Below are positions 17,772 to 24,795 of a stretch of DNA of 64,000 nucleotides, piece by piece (position 1 is the stretch's first letter; every line of letters begins with the position of its first letter). This DNA comes from Bacteroidales bacterium (GTDB taxonomy: Bacteria > Bacteroidota > Bacteroidia > Bacteroidales > WCHB1-69), in contig JAKSMC010000010.1 in assembly GCA_024400835.1 (NCBI GenBank), positions 3,071 through 67,070 on the forward strand, given 5' to 3'. The notes beneath the pieces were generated by a model. It saw nothing but the letters and a program-made list of their open reading frames with translations. It did not search any database and was not told the DNA's origin. The translations under genes and the position numbers were made by a program.

Positions 17772-19538
17772 TTATTTGATAACAACTTTGCGAACTGCCG
17801 TGCCGGCGTCGGAAGACACTCGTACCATATAGGTGCCAGCTGTAAAGCTGCCGACGGGGATGGTGATGTTGTTGTCGTTGTATGTCCCGTTGAACACTTT
17901 CTGGCCTGCCATATTGAAGATTTCCACAGCTGTGATCTGTTCGGAAGTGATGTTGATGTTCTCAGTGGCGGGGTTCGGGGCAAGTGTGATTTCGATTTGG
18001 TTGTAGTCGTTGATGCCGACATTGACGAAAGTGACGTCGATGTTTATTTCAATTTCTGGATGTTCGAAATCATTGGAATAGATGTGCAGTGCGCCGGTTC
18101 TGTTGCCGAGTGCGTTGTTGCCGGCAAGGCCCACATTTATATTCTGGTTGTCGGTGGCAATCACGGTGCCTGTTGTCATAGACGGAGCAATCCAACGGGT
18201 GATGGGCGTGCCGTCAACGATGACTTTGATGTTCCAGTTGTAGGGAAGGTCTGCGTTGTTTTCGGAAAGTCTGTACCAGGAAGGACCGCTCTTCGTCCAG
18301 TTGCCGTAGTAGTCGGCTTGGTAGGAATCGTCGCAGCCGACGCCGCCGCCATCAACGGGTTGGTCGATCCAGACAGAAGCCCAGAGGTCGCCGCCGTCAA
18401 TGACGACGGGAGTGTTGAGGGTGACGTTGTTCCAGCCGTCAACCGGGTAGAAATCCTGTTCGTAAATCATCTCGCCAGGGCCTTCCGTAATGAGGTTCCC
18501 CATTTTGTAGATTCTGATTTTGGCCGTGGTGATGGCGGTGTTGCTGAGTCTGACCTGCACTTGGTTGATGGACCGGCCTATGTGGTTGATGAGGTCCTCG
18601 GCCGGCACGCCGATGGCTGCTTCCCATTGTGCGCCGCTGGTGAAATTGATGCTGGTGTATTCATCTAAGTCGTAGGAGAAAGTGGATGCGCCAGTGGATG
18701 TGTTATTCGGCACGGGAATGTCGTATGTGGGCACGATGCGGAAGGACAGGGGGGCGTCGCCGGTGTTGTTGATGGAGAAACTGTAGTTGGTGGTAGTGGT
18801 GAAGTCGAGATCTGTCAAGACGATGTCCTCGTCGGGGGTGACCACGATGTTCGGGGCGGCTGCGGCTGTCAGTTCTGTGACGGAGAAGTTATCGACGTAG
18901 TAGGTCCCGGTGCCGTTGTTAGGAGCGCCGGCATAGAAGTTGATGGAGCCTAACTGGTTGATGCCGCCAGTGGTGCTGCTCTGCTGGTAACTGAACGGCC
19001 AGACTGCCACAACGACGTCGTTGATGATGAGTTTTGCGGAGTCCAAGTCCAAGTCTATGTCGTTTTCGACGTGGAACCACGTGTTGGCAGGGTAGGAGAA
19101 GGAGTGTTCAACGCCGCCGACGGAGAGGTAGCCGCTGCCGTTGTTGTAGAAGTAGCATTCGAGGGCCCATTGGGTGCCGGGTGCGTAGTAGTGCTGGATG
19201 TTGAAATAGGCGCCGCTGCCGCTTGATGGCACGTAGTAGTCGTACTCGATTTTGTAGTGGCCGGATGTTTGGTTGGCAAACGGATAGATGATGTCATTGC
19301 TGCCGGTGATGTACAGGGAGTTCGGTGCCGATGCGGCCTGTGTGGAAGAGATGGCGGCGTCTTCGGCACTGCCGGGAGCGTTGCTCCAAGTGGTCCACGC
19401 TGCCGTGCTGGTTTGCGCGAGGCGTGAGCCTGCCGTGTAGGAATCAAAATTGTCGCTGAATACGACGGTTTGTGCCATGGTCCAAGACAAAGCGGCAACA
19501 AACAATGCTGTAAGGAATAAAGACTTTTTCATAATCAT
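17772..19538 (-). CDS. Secreted protein with jelly-roll/LamG-like N-terminal region and T9SS C-terminal sorting domain
   Basis: Signal peptide MKKSLFLTALFVAALSWTMAQ. The C-terminus LAPNPATENINI...IFNMAGQKV...GTYMVRVSS...KVVIK is CTD-like. Confidence 0.8.
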   Translation of the reverse strand: MIMKKSLFLTALFVAALSWTMAQTVVFSDNFDSYTAGSRLAQTSTAAWTTWSNAPGSAEDAAISSTQAASAPNSLYITGSNDIIYPFANQTSGHYKIEYDYYVPSSGSGAYFNIQHYYAPGTQWALECYFYNNGSGYLSVGGVEHSFSYPANTWFHVENDIDLDLDSAKLIINDVVVAVWPFSYQQSSTTGGINQLGSINFYAGAPNNGTGTYYVDNFSVTELTAAAAPNIVVTPDEDIVLTDLDFTTTTNYSFSINNTGDAPLSFRIVPTYDIPVPNNTSTGASTFSYDLDEYTSINFTSGAQWEAAIGVPAEDLINHIGRSINQVQVRLSNTAITTAKIRIYKMGNLITEGPGEMIYEQDFYPVDGWNNVTLNTPVVIDGGDLWASVWIDQPVDGGGVGCDDSYQADYYGNWTKSGPSWYRLSENNADLPYNWNIKVIVDGTPITRWIAPSMTTGTVIATDNQNINVGLAGNNALGNRTGALHIYSNDFEHPEIEINIDVTFVNVGINDYNQIEITLAPNPATENINITSEQITAVEIFNMAGQKVFNGTYNDNNITIPVGSFTAGTYMVRVSSDAGTAVRKVVIK

Positions 19539-19569
19539 TTATTTTGGTTAGTAATACATTTGAATGGTG

Positions 19570-19577
19570 CAAAGGTA
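19570..19577 (-). promoter_or_regulatory. Putative -7 box for T9SS cargo gene 17772..19538
   Basis: TACCTTTG on the minus strand, 32 nt upstream of ATG 19538. Confidence 0.5.
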
Positions 19578-19585
19578 TAATTTTT

Positions 19586-19593
19586 TATTTTTG
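19586..19593 (+). promoter_or_regulatory. Putative -7 box for 19634..20017 (back-to-back with previous)
   Basis: TATTTTTG, 41 nt upstream of ATG 19634. Confidence 0.45.
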
Positions 19594-19633
19594 CAACACA
19601 AAATAATGGGAAATTTTAAAAAAAAATTTTTTT

Positions 19634-20017
19634 ATGGAAAGAATTACACCACAATGGATTGACACGTTGAAACCCAATGAAATCTTTGTATTCGGCAGCA
19701 ATTTGGCTGGTGCGCACGGCGGTGGCGCCGCCCGTGTGGCCATGAACAAGTTCGGTGCCGTGTGGGGCCAGGGCGTGGGTCTGCAAGGACAGAGCTATGC
19801 CATCCCGACAATGCACGGCGGCCCGAGACGCATCCAGCCGTATGTGGACGAGTTTATCATCTTTGCCGAAGAACACCCTGAATTGAACTTCTTGGTGACA
19901 CCCATCGGCTGCGGCATTGCCGGCTTCACGCCCGAGGACATAGCCCCGCTCTTCGCCCGTGCCAAGGACCTTGAGAACGTTTGGCTCCCAGAAGATTTTA
20001 GAAAATTATACGAATAA
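19634..20017 (+). CDS. Small conserved protein, resembles the family labelled A1S_2505 phage non-structural protein
   Basis: 127 aa with the motif NEIFVFGSNLAGAHGGGAARVA...GQSYAIPT. The family assignment is from memory of that motif only. Confidence 0.5.
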   Translation: MERITPQWIDTLKPNEIFVFGSNLAGAHGGGAARVAMNKFGAVWGQGVGLQGQSYAIPTMHGGPRRIQPYVDEFIIFAEEHPELNFLVTPIGCGIAGFTPEDIAPLFARAKDLENVWLPEDFRKLYE

Positions 20018-20022
20018 TCGTA

Positions 20023-20045
20023 GAGACGCGCCAACGGCGCGTCTC
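20023..20045 (+). terminator. Perfect 10-bp GC-rich hairpin just after stop of 19634..20017
   Basis: GAGACGCGCC-aac-GGCGCGTCTC. There is no U-run, so terminator function is uncertain. Confidence 0.45.
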
Positions 20046-20089
20046 ATTACGATAATTCGCGTTCGTCATTTTTCAAAAACCGAATAATT

Positions 20090-20434
20090 ATGATAAAACA
20101 TAAAAACGAAATCGAGACCGTCACGGTCGAAAACCAAGGCAACATTGCCGGTATTATCAACAAAGAAGTGATTCTGACGCCTGCCGAAATGTTGGACAAG
20201 GCCTATATGTTCAACGTCATCAACCTTCCTTCGGGGAGCCAGATCAAGGAGCACCCGCACTTTCCGGATGCGGAGATTTACTATATTCTGGAAGGCGAAG
20301 TTGTGGTCACGGACAATGACAAGCGCGAGGTGCTGCACGCCGGTGACGTGGTCTTCACGGGCAACGGCGACCGCCACAGCGTCAGCAACGAGAGCGGCCA
20401 CGATGCGAAGTTCTTGGCCTGCATTTTGAAGTAG
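20090..20434 (+). CDS. Cupin-domain protein
   Basis: The cupin motifs are GSQIKEHPHFPDAEIYYILEG and GDVVFTGNGDRHSVSN. Confidence 0.75.
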   Translation: MIKHKNEIETVTVENQGNIAGIINKEVILTPAEMLDKAYMFNVINLPSGSQIKEHPHFPDAEIYYILEGEVVVTDNDKREVLHAGDVVFTGNGDRHSVSNESGHDAKFLACILK

Positions 20435-20457
20435 AGGACCACAAGGGCAGCCTTTGT

Positions 20458-21549
20458 CTATTTTCCCGATTTCCGGCGGTTGCACTCGCGACAGAGCATC
20501 TGGCAGTTTTCGGCAACGGTTCTTCCGCCTTCGTGCCACGGCGTGATGTGGTCGGCCTCCATCTGATTCAACTCAAAATGTTTGTGGCAGTGCGGGCAGA
20601 TGCCAAACTGGTTTTCGTAGGCCGCCAACTTCTGTGCCTCGCTAAAAGCACGAATAGATAGGAATTTCTCTTTGCGCGTCAAGATGTAAGGATAGATGCC
20701 CGTCTTCTTGGTCACGTCGTCGTCCAATATCAACTTCTTAACCTCTTCGTCCACGGCATTGCTGTCGATGACGCTGTCTTTGAACTCCTTGTACAGCGAG
20801 CCCCAGTCGATGCCCTTCATGATTTTCTTGCGTTCTTTGGTTGGATGAAATGAGCTTTCTATCCACGTGATGACCGATTGGAAGAACTGCCACAATGGAG
20901 CGGAACTGGCGTCGTGTTGGTGATTGGACATATAGACATTGATGTTGCCGTCCGAAATCCAGGAGATGGCCGTTTCCAGGTAGTCCTGCCGGATGGCGGA
21001 TCCCGTCAGAAAGTCGGAGGCAATCTTGCTGGCCACGCAGCCGGGTTTGCTGAAGTAGCGCTTGGCATCACTCACCCACGAGCCCGCATACACGGCGTTG
21101 CGCAACTCCTGATCTGTCAACTCCTCGCCCGCGATGTTGATGGTTTGGAACCACTTGAGTTTCTCGCTGTCGCTGCCGCTGCAGATATAGACGTTGAGCT
21201 CGTAGTCCAGAATCTGCTGCTGCTCGTCGGGCTGCAGGTTGTGGAAATAGCGGAACAGGTAGGCGAAGTCGCCGTTCACGTACTGGCAGATGCTGATGGT
21301 GCGCTGCTGTCCGTCGATGATCTCGTAGGTGCCGTCGTCGCGCACAGCCCAGTACATCACGTTGAGCGGAAATCCTCGTGTGAGTGTGTCAATGACGGCA
21401 TCGCGCTGTTTGTCCTTATATACAAACTCGCGCTGGTAAGGCGGGCGCACATCAAGTCGGCCGCCGTAGGCGCGTACACCGTTTTCGGCATTGTCCTCGT
21501 AACCTTGTGTCAGGTCGCGGACGGTAATTTTGTGTAGTTCTATCTGCAT
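20458..21549 (-). CDS. DUF262 (ParB/Srx-like NTPase) - HNH endonuclease fusion, GmrSD/SspE-like architecture
   Basis: The N-terminal PPYQREFVYKDKQRDAVIDTLTRGFPLN...IIDGQQRTISI matches DUF262. The C-terminal CPHCHKHF...ADHITPWHEGGRTVAENCQMLCRECNRRK is a canonical HNH with two CxxC pairs. The start is set at MQIELHK (ATG 21549). Confidence 0.85.
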   Translation of the reverse strand: MQIELHKITVRDLTQGYEDNAENGVRAYGGRLDVRPPYQREFVYKDKQRDAVIDTLTRGFPLNVMYWAVRDDGTYEIIDGQQRTISICQYVNGDFAYLFRYFHNLQPDEQQQILDYELNVYICSGSDSEKLKWFQTINIAGEELTDQELRNAVYAGSWVSDAKRYFSKPGCVASKIASDFLTGSAIRQDYLETAISWISDGNINVYMSNHQHDASSAPLWQFFQSVITWIESSFHPTKERKKIMKGIDWGSLYKEFKDSVIDSNAVDEEVKKLILDDDVTKKTGIYPYILTRKEKFLSIRAFSEAQKLAAYENQFGICPHCHKHFELNQMEADHITPWHEGGRTVAENCQMLCRECNRRKSGK

Positions 21550-21574
21550 AATGGTTGGTATTTGTTCTTGTGAG

Positions 21575-21617
21575 CCCCAGGTTGCGGTCGTCACTGCGTT
21601 CCTCTCCCCAGGTTGCG
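21575..21617. repeat. Direct duplication of CCCCAGGTTGCG (31-nt spacing) in the GC-rich methyltransferase/HNH spacer
   Basis: The copies lie at 21575-21586 and 21606-21617. A third near-copy, CACCAGGTTGCG, lies at 22982-22993. Confidence 0.7.
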
Positions 21618-21681
21618 CCCTCCATTTCATTCCGGGCTTACTTGGGGTTACCGAGGTCTTGTCCCTCCGGGACTGCTCAAG

Positions 21682-21703
21682 GTACGGCTTCGCCGTGATG
21701 TTT
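21682..21703. repeat. 22-nt exact inverted match to the core of the 45283-45435 element
   Basis: GTACGGCTTCGCCGTGATGTTT is the reverse complement of 45329-45350 (AAACATCACGGCGAAGCCGTAC). It contains the hairpin ACGGC-gaa-GCCGT. Confidence 0.8.
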
Positions 21704-21712
21704 TATATGTTG

Positions 21713-22771
21713 TTATTGCTTCTCATTATATTTCGTTTCTTCCTCCGCGGCCAATGGCAGGGTGCCTTCCTGCTGCACATACTGAGTAGCTGGCTGCCGC
21801 CGACGGATGAGGATACGGGAATACATTCTTTTTCCATTTATATATCCTCTATCGTATTTTTCTGCTCCATCTATATAAATGGTCCTGAGATAATCTGCTT
21901 TCTCAGTTATTCCGATAATTTCAAATTGTTCTGGATTATATTTATCCAAAAATGTGATTGGCACGCCTATTACGCCGTTGTAATCAGCAGGAATATCAGC
22001 GGTTTTATCCACATTGATGGCATCGTAATTGTCATATTGGGGATATTCTTCAGGTGAGTATTTTTTGAAAAGGATCAAATTTTCGTGGCGCTTGTTTATT
22101 TCAAGATTTGTAAACCAATTAACTCCAGAAACACGAATCATTCCTTCCCTATGATCACCTGCTGTAGCAGTGTCCTTATACTTACTAATAAAATGTCCTG
22201 CTCCTCCTTTAAATCCGTAGCCTAACCAAATTCTATTTTCCTTGATGAGAGGAAAAATTTCGCGATATGTAATTGCATTTTGATGTCCCACAATCACAAA
22301 CTTCTTCTCATACTCAATCAACTGTGCCACATATTCCCTAAATAGTGAAAATGGCGGATTGGTAACCACAATGTCGGCTTGTTTCAATAGTTCAATGCAT
22401 TCTTTTGAGCGGAAATCGCCATCACCTTGAAAATAGTTGATGCCGATTTCGTTCGGGTCGGGAACGCGGTTGTTGTTTTTATCACCGTTGTATTCCAACC
22501 AGATGGCCCGTTCCGAATTGTTTTGTGAAAACAGGTCCCGCTCCTGGTTTTTGTAACAGGTGGTAATCAGTTTCTTCAGTCCTAATTTTTCAAAATTATA
22601 GCTGAAGTAATGAAAGAAATTGCTTACGCGCGGGTCGTCGCAGTTGCAAAGCACCACCTTGTCTTTGAAATGCTCTTTGTAATGTTTCAGTTCGTTTTCT
22701 ATATCGACAAGCTGCGTGTAGAACTCGTCTTTTTTGGCGTTCTTCGCCTGGTTAAGGTTCTTGTTTGCCAT
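21713..22771 (-). CDS. EcoRI-methylase-like N6-adenine DNA methyltransferase
   Basis: DEFYTQ near the N-terminus and catalytic IVVTNPPFSLFREY (NPPF). The gene is AT-rich relative to its neighbours. The start is set at MANKNLNQAK (ATG 22771). Confidence 0.8.
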   Translation of the reverse strand: MANKNLNQAKNAKKDEFYTQLVDIENELKHYKEHFKDKVVLCNCDDPRVSNFFHYFSYNFEKLGLKKLITTCYKNQERDLFSQNNSERAIWLEYNGDKNNNRVPDPNEIGINYFQGDGDFRSKECIELLKQADIVVTNPPFSLFREYVAQLIEYEKKFVIVGHQNAITYREIFPLIKENRIWLGYGFKGGAGHFISKYKDTATAGDHREGMIRVSGVNWFTNLEINKRHENLILFKKYSPEEYPQYDNYDAINVDKTADIPADYNGVIGVPITFLDKYNPEQFEIIGITEKADYLRTIYIDGAEKYDRGYINGKRMYSRILIRRRQPATQYVQQEGTLPLAAEEETKYNEKQ

Positions 22772-22775
22772 ATTT

Positions 22776-22805
22776 GATTGATAGTTTTTTGCAATGCTAT
22801 CAATC
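22776..22805. promoter_or_regulatory. 9+9 bp inverted repeat (candidate operator) immediately upstream of the methyltransferase start
   Basis: GATTGATAG-n12-CTATCAATC, 5-34 nt upstream of ATG 22771. Confidence 0.4.
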
Positions 22806-23013
22806 TTAAATACGGATAAAAAGAAAGGTGCAGACCTTTCTATCTTGTCCACGAGGAGCTTCGCACGAACCCCGTTACTCATCTAGATTAGCCCACACCT
22901 TTTTGGTGTAAGCATTAACATTATGATGAGTAACAGAGAGCAAAGCTCAAGTGGGTTAGCATTTATCCGATAATATCAAATCACCAGGTTGCGAAGCTTT
23001 TGATTTGGACAAG

Positions 23014-23075
23014 AATAATAGCTAATGCGTTATTTTATAATATGTTATTTTAAATTTTCTTTTTCTGTTGTTATG
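23014..23075. repeat. Copy A of a ~50-60-nt direct repeat flanking the AlbA_2-wHTH gene
   Basis: AATAATAGCTAATGCGTTAT...GTTATTTTAAATTTTCTTTTTCTGTTG. Copy B lies at 24476-24527. Confidence 0.7.
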
Positions 23076-23087
23076 TTTTTTTATATG

Positions 23088-24449
23088 TTATCTTTCTTGT
23101 TCATTTTTCACCACTTCCCAATGTCCACCGTTGTCGGGTCCGATGCGAATAACGAGCCCTTTTTCTTGAAGGCTTTTGATATGTTTGGCAACGGCTCTCC
23201 GTGAAATTCCAAGTTCTTCGGCAAGTTCATCAGTTGTTATATTTGTGTTCTTTGATATTAAATCAATAATTTTCTGTGAACTTTTCTGTGAACTTTTCTG
23301 TGAACTTTTCTGTGAACTTTTTTCATTGACCATTTCCTGATTATTGTTACGGGAAATAATCACATTCAATCCGCCGCTATTGATGGAAAATTGTGGCAAT
23401 TCAATATTTGAATCGCTGAATGCACGACAGACTTTTTCAATGCCCCTGCCCCAGGATTCAATAAACCCTGCTTTGTAAAAGGCGTTGGAAATTAATGGAT
23501 TGCGTGGTTTTGACTTGTGCTTTTGCAGGAGATTTTCAATAGTGACACCCTCCATCAAATCACCATCGTTCCACAATTCGATGTATTGGTCGAAAATTTT
23601 CATCTGAATGGTCGATCCCATGTAATCCTTGTGGCAAATGGCATTGTAAATCAATTCCCGCAAGGCATCTTCCGGAATTTCCAATTCTTCTACCCGTTGC
23701 ATACCCTCGTATCTGATGTATGAAAGCAAATATTTCTGGCGCAAAAGTTCAACCACTTTTTCGGCCATTTGAATGATGTTGCCTGAAACCACATCCTGAC
23801 TCCACAAGTCGCTGTCGGAAAATCCGAATCTGCCGATTTTGAATTCCGCAGTTGGAAAATAGCGTTGAGGATTGTTCCCGAACAGTAAAATTGCAGCGTA
23901 TTTCAATTTTCCATCATCCGTTATCAGATTCAAATTTTCAAGCACGGTTTCTGTCGAATCAGACAAAGCACTTGTTGGTAAACGCCGCGCCCGAACAGCA
24001 TGTTGCAGGTAATAGTCAATGGCATTTCTGTTAATTCGTTCCAAAGTTGCGGTTTCGTGCGGTATATCATCCCACGAACGCCCCATTTTTTTCAGAAGGA
24101 ATTGCTGCAACGCGGCACCTTTCAGCTCTTGCTTGGTGCTTCCGCTTCTGTAGTGATATTTGCCCTGAAAATTGATAGGGACATTGCTCGGCTCAACGAT
24201 GATTTCAATATAATCCAAGTCATCTCTCTTCAAAAGGTTTGTTTCGCACACTATGCCCAAATAATTTACGATCTTGTTCGGAATGTCCTCGCCTAACTTA
24301 TGGGCGTTTTTCAAGCCGATGACCTCACCGCTGTCATTCACACCAATGTACAAAACACCGCCTTTGGCGTTTGCAAAGCCGCAAATCCATTTCAGGTACT
24401 CGTCGCGCCACGATTCCTTGTATTCGGTGTTTTGAGTTTCGTTGTTCAT
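23088..24449 (-). CDS. AlbA_2 (Schlafen-like) + HATPase_c_4-like + C-terminal winged-HTH protein
   Basis: The N-terminal ETQNTEYKESW...FANAKGGVLYIGV matches AlbA_2. The central region has ALRELIYNAICHKDY. The C-terminal wHTH is ITTDELAEELGISRRAVAKHIKSLQEKGLV. A (SSQK)x4 linker joins them. Confidence 0.8.
   Translation of the reverse strand: MNNETQNTEYKESWRDEYLKWICGFANAKGGVLYIGVNDSGEVIGLKNAHKLGEDIPNKIVNYLGIVCETNLLKRDDLDYIEIIVEPSNVPINFQGKYHYRSGSTKQELKGAALQQFLLKKMGRSWDDIPHETATLERINRNAIDYYLQHAVRARRLPTSALSDSTETVLENLNLITDDGKLKYAAILLFGNNPQRYFPTAEFKIGRFGFSDSDLWSQDVVSGNIIQMAEKVVELLRQKYLLSYIRYEGMQRVEELEIPEDALRELIYNAICHKDYMGSTIQMKIFDQYIELWNDGDLMEGVTIENLLQKHKSKPRNPLISNAFYKAGFIESWGRGIEKVCRAFSDSNIELPQFSINSGGLNVIISRNNNQEMVNEKSSQKSSQKSSQKSSQKIIDLISKNTNITTDELAEELGISRRAVAKHIKSLQEKGLVIRIGPDNGGHWEVVKNEQER
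23271..23318 (-). repeat. Perfect 4 x 12-nt tandem repeat inside the AlbA_2-wHTH CDS
   Basis: On the coding strand, (AGTTCACAGAAA)x4 encodes (SSQK)x4 in the linker before the wHTH. Confidence 0.9.
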
Positions 24450-24475
24450 TTTACGCCTTTTTGTTTTGAATGTGA

Positions 24476-24527
24476 AATAATAGCTAATGCGTTATGTTAC
24501 TTTAAATTTCTTTTTCGCTGTTTCTTA
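24476..24527. repeat. Copy B of the direct repeat flanking the AlbA_2-wHTH gene
   Basis: AATAATAGCTAATGCGTTATGTTACTTTAAATTTCTTTTTCGCTGTT. The first 20 nt are identical to copy A. The remainder is similar, apart from a 10-nt insertion in A. Confidence 0.7.
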
Positions 24528-24545
24528 CAATGCCTTTTACGTGAG

Positions 24546-24570
24546 AATTTCCAGCAGGCTGCTGGAAATT
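24546..24570. promoter_or_regulatory. Perfect 10+10 bp palindrome (candidate operator) in the AlbA_2-wHTH leader
   Basis: AATTTCCAGC-aggct-GCTGGAAATT lies between the putative -7 box and the start codon. Confidence 0.45.
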
Positions 24571-24579
24571 TTTAAAGCG

Positions 24580-24587
24580 CAAAAGTA
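24580..24587 (-). promoter_or_regulatory. Putative -7 box for the AlbA_2-wHTH gene
   Basis: TACTTTTG on the minus strand, 131 nt upstream of ATG 24449. Confidence 0.4.
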
Positions 24588-24754
24588 CAACAAAAAAGAA
24601 CACCACACTTCGTGTTCGTTGTTTTCTTTTAGGTTCCCGATGACATAAAAGATATAGGCTCCATAAACAGCCCCATTTTGCAACAACTAAGAGGGTTTTA
24701 TCGAAATAGAGAATTTTTTTTGCGCTTTTGTCAAAAGTTGTCAGCCGTGCTTCG

Positions 24755-24762
24755 TATTTTTG
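24755..24762 (+). promoter_or_regulatory. Putative -7 box for rmuC
   Basis: TATTTTTG, 34 nt upstream of ATG 24796. Confidence 0.5.
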
Positions 24763-24795
24763 CCGCCGAAAAGAGAAACATAAAAAGACATTCCT

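Noticed and set aside
20458-21712. An HNH protein preceded by a structured GC-rich non-coding region might be an IscB/omega-RNA-type system.
   Set aside because: The protein N-terminus is a clear DUF262 (YQR...DGQQR). There are no RuvC motifs and no PLMP-like domain. The HNH is C-terminal rather than inserted in a RuvC fold.
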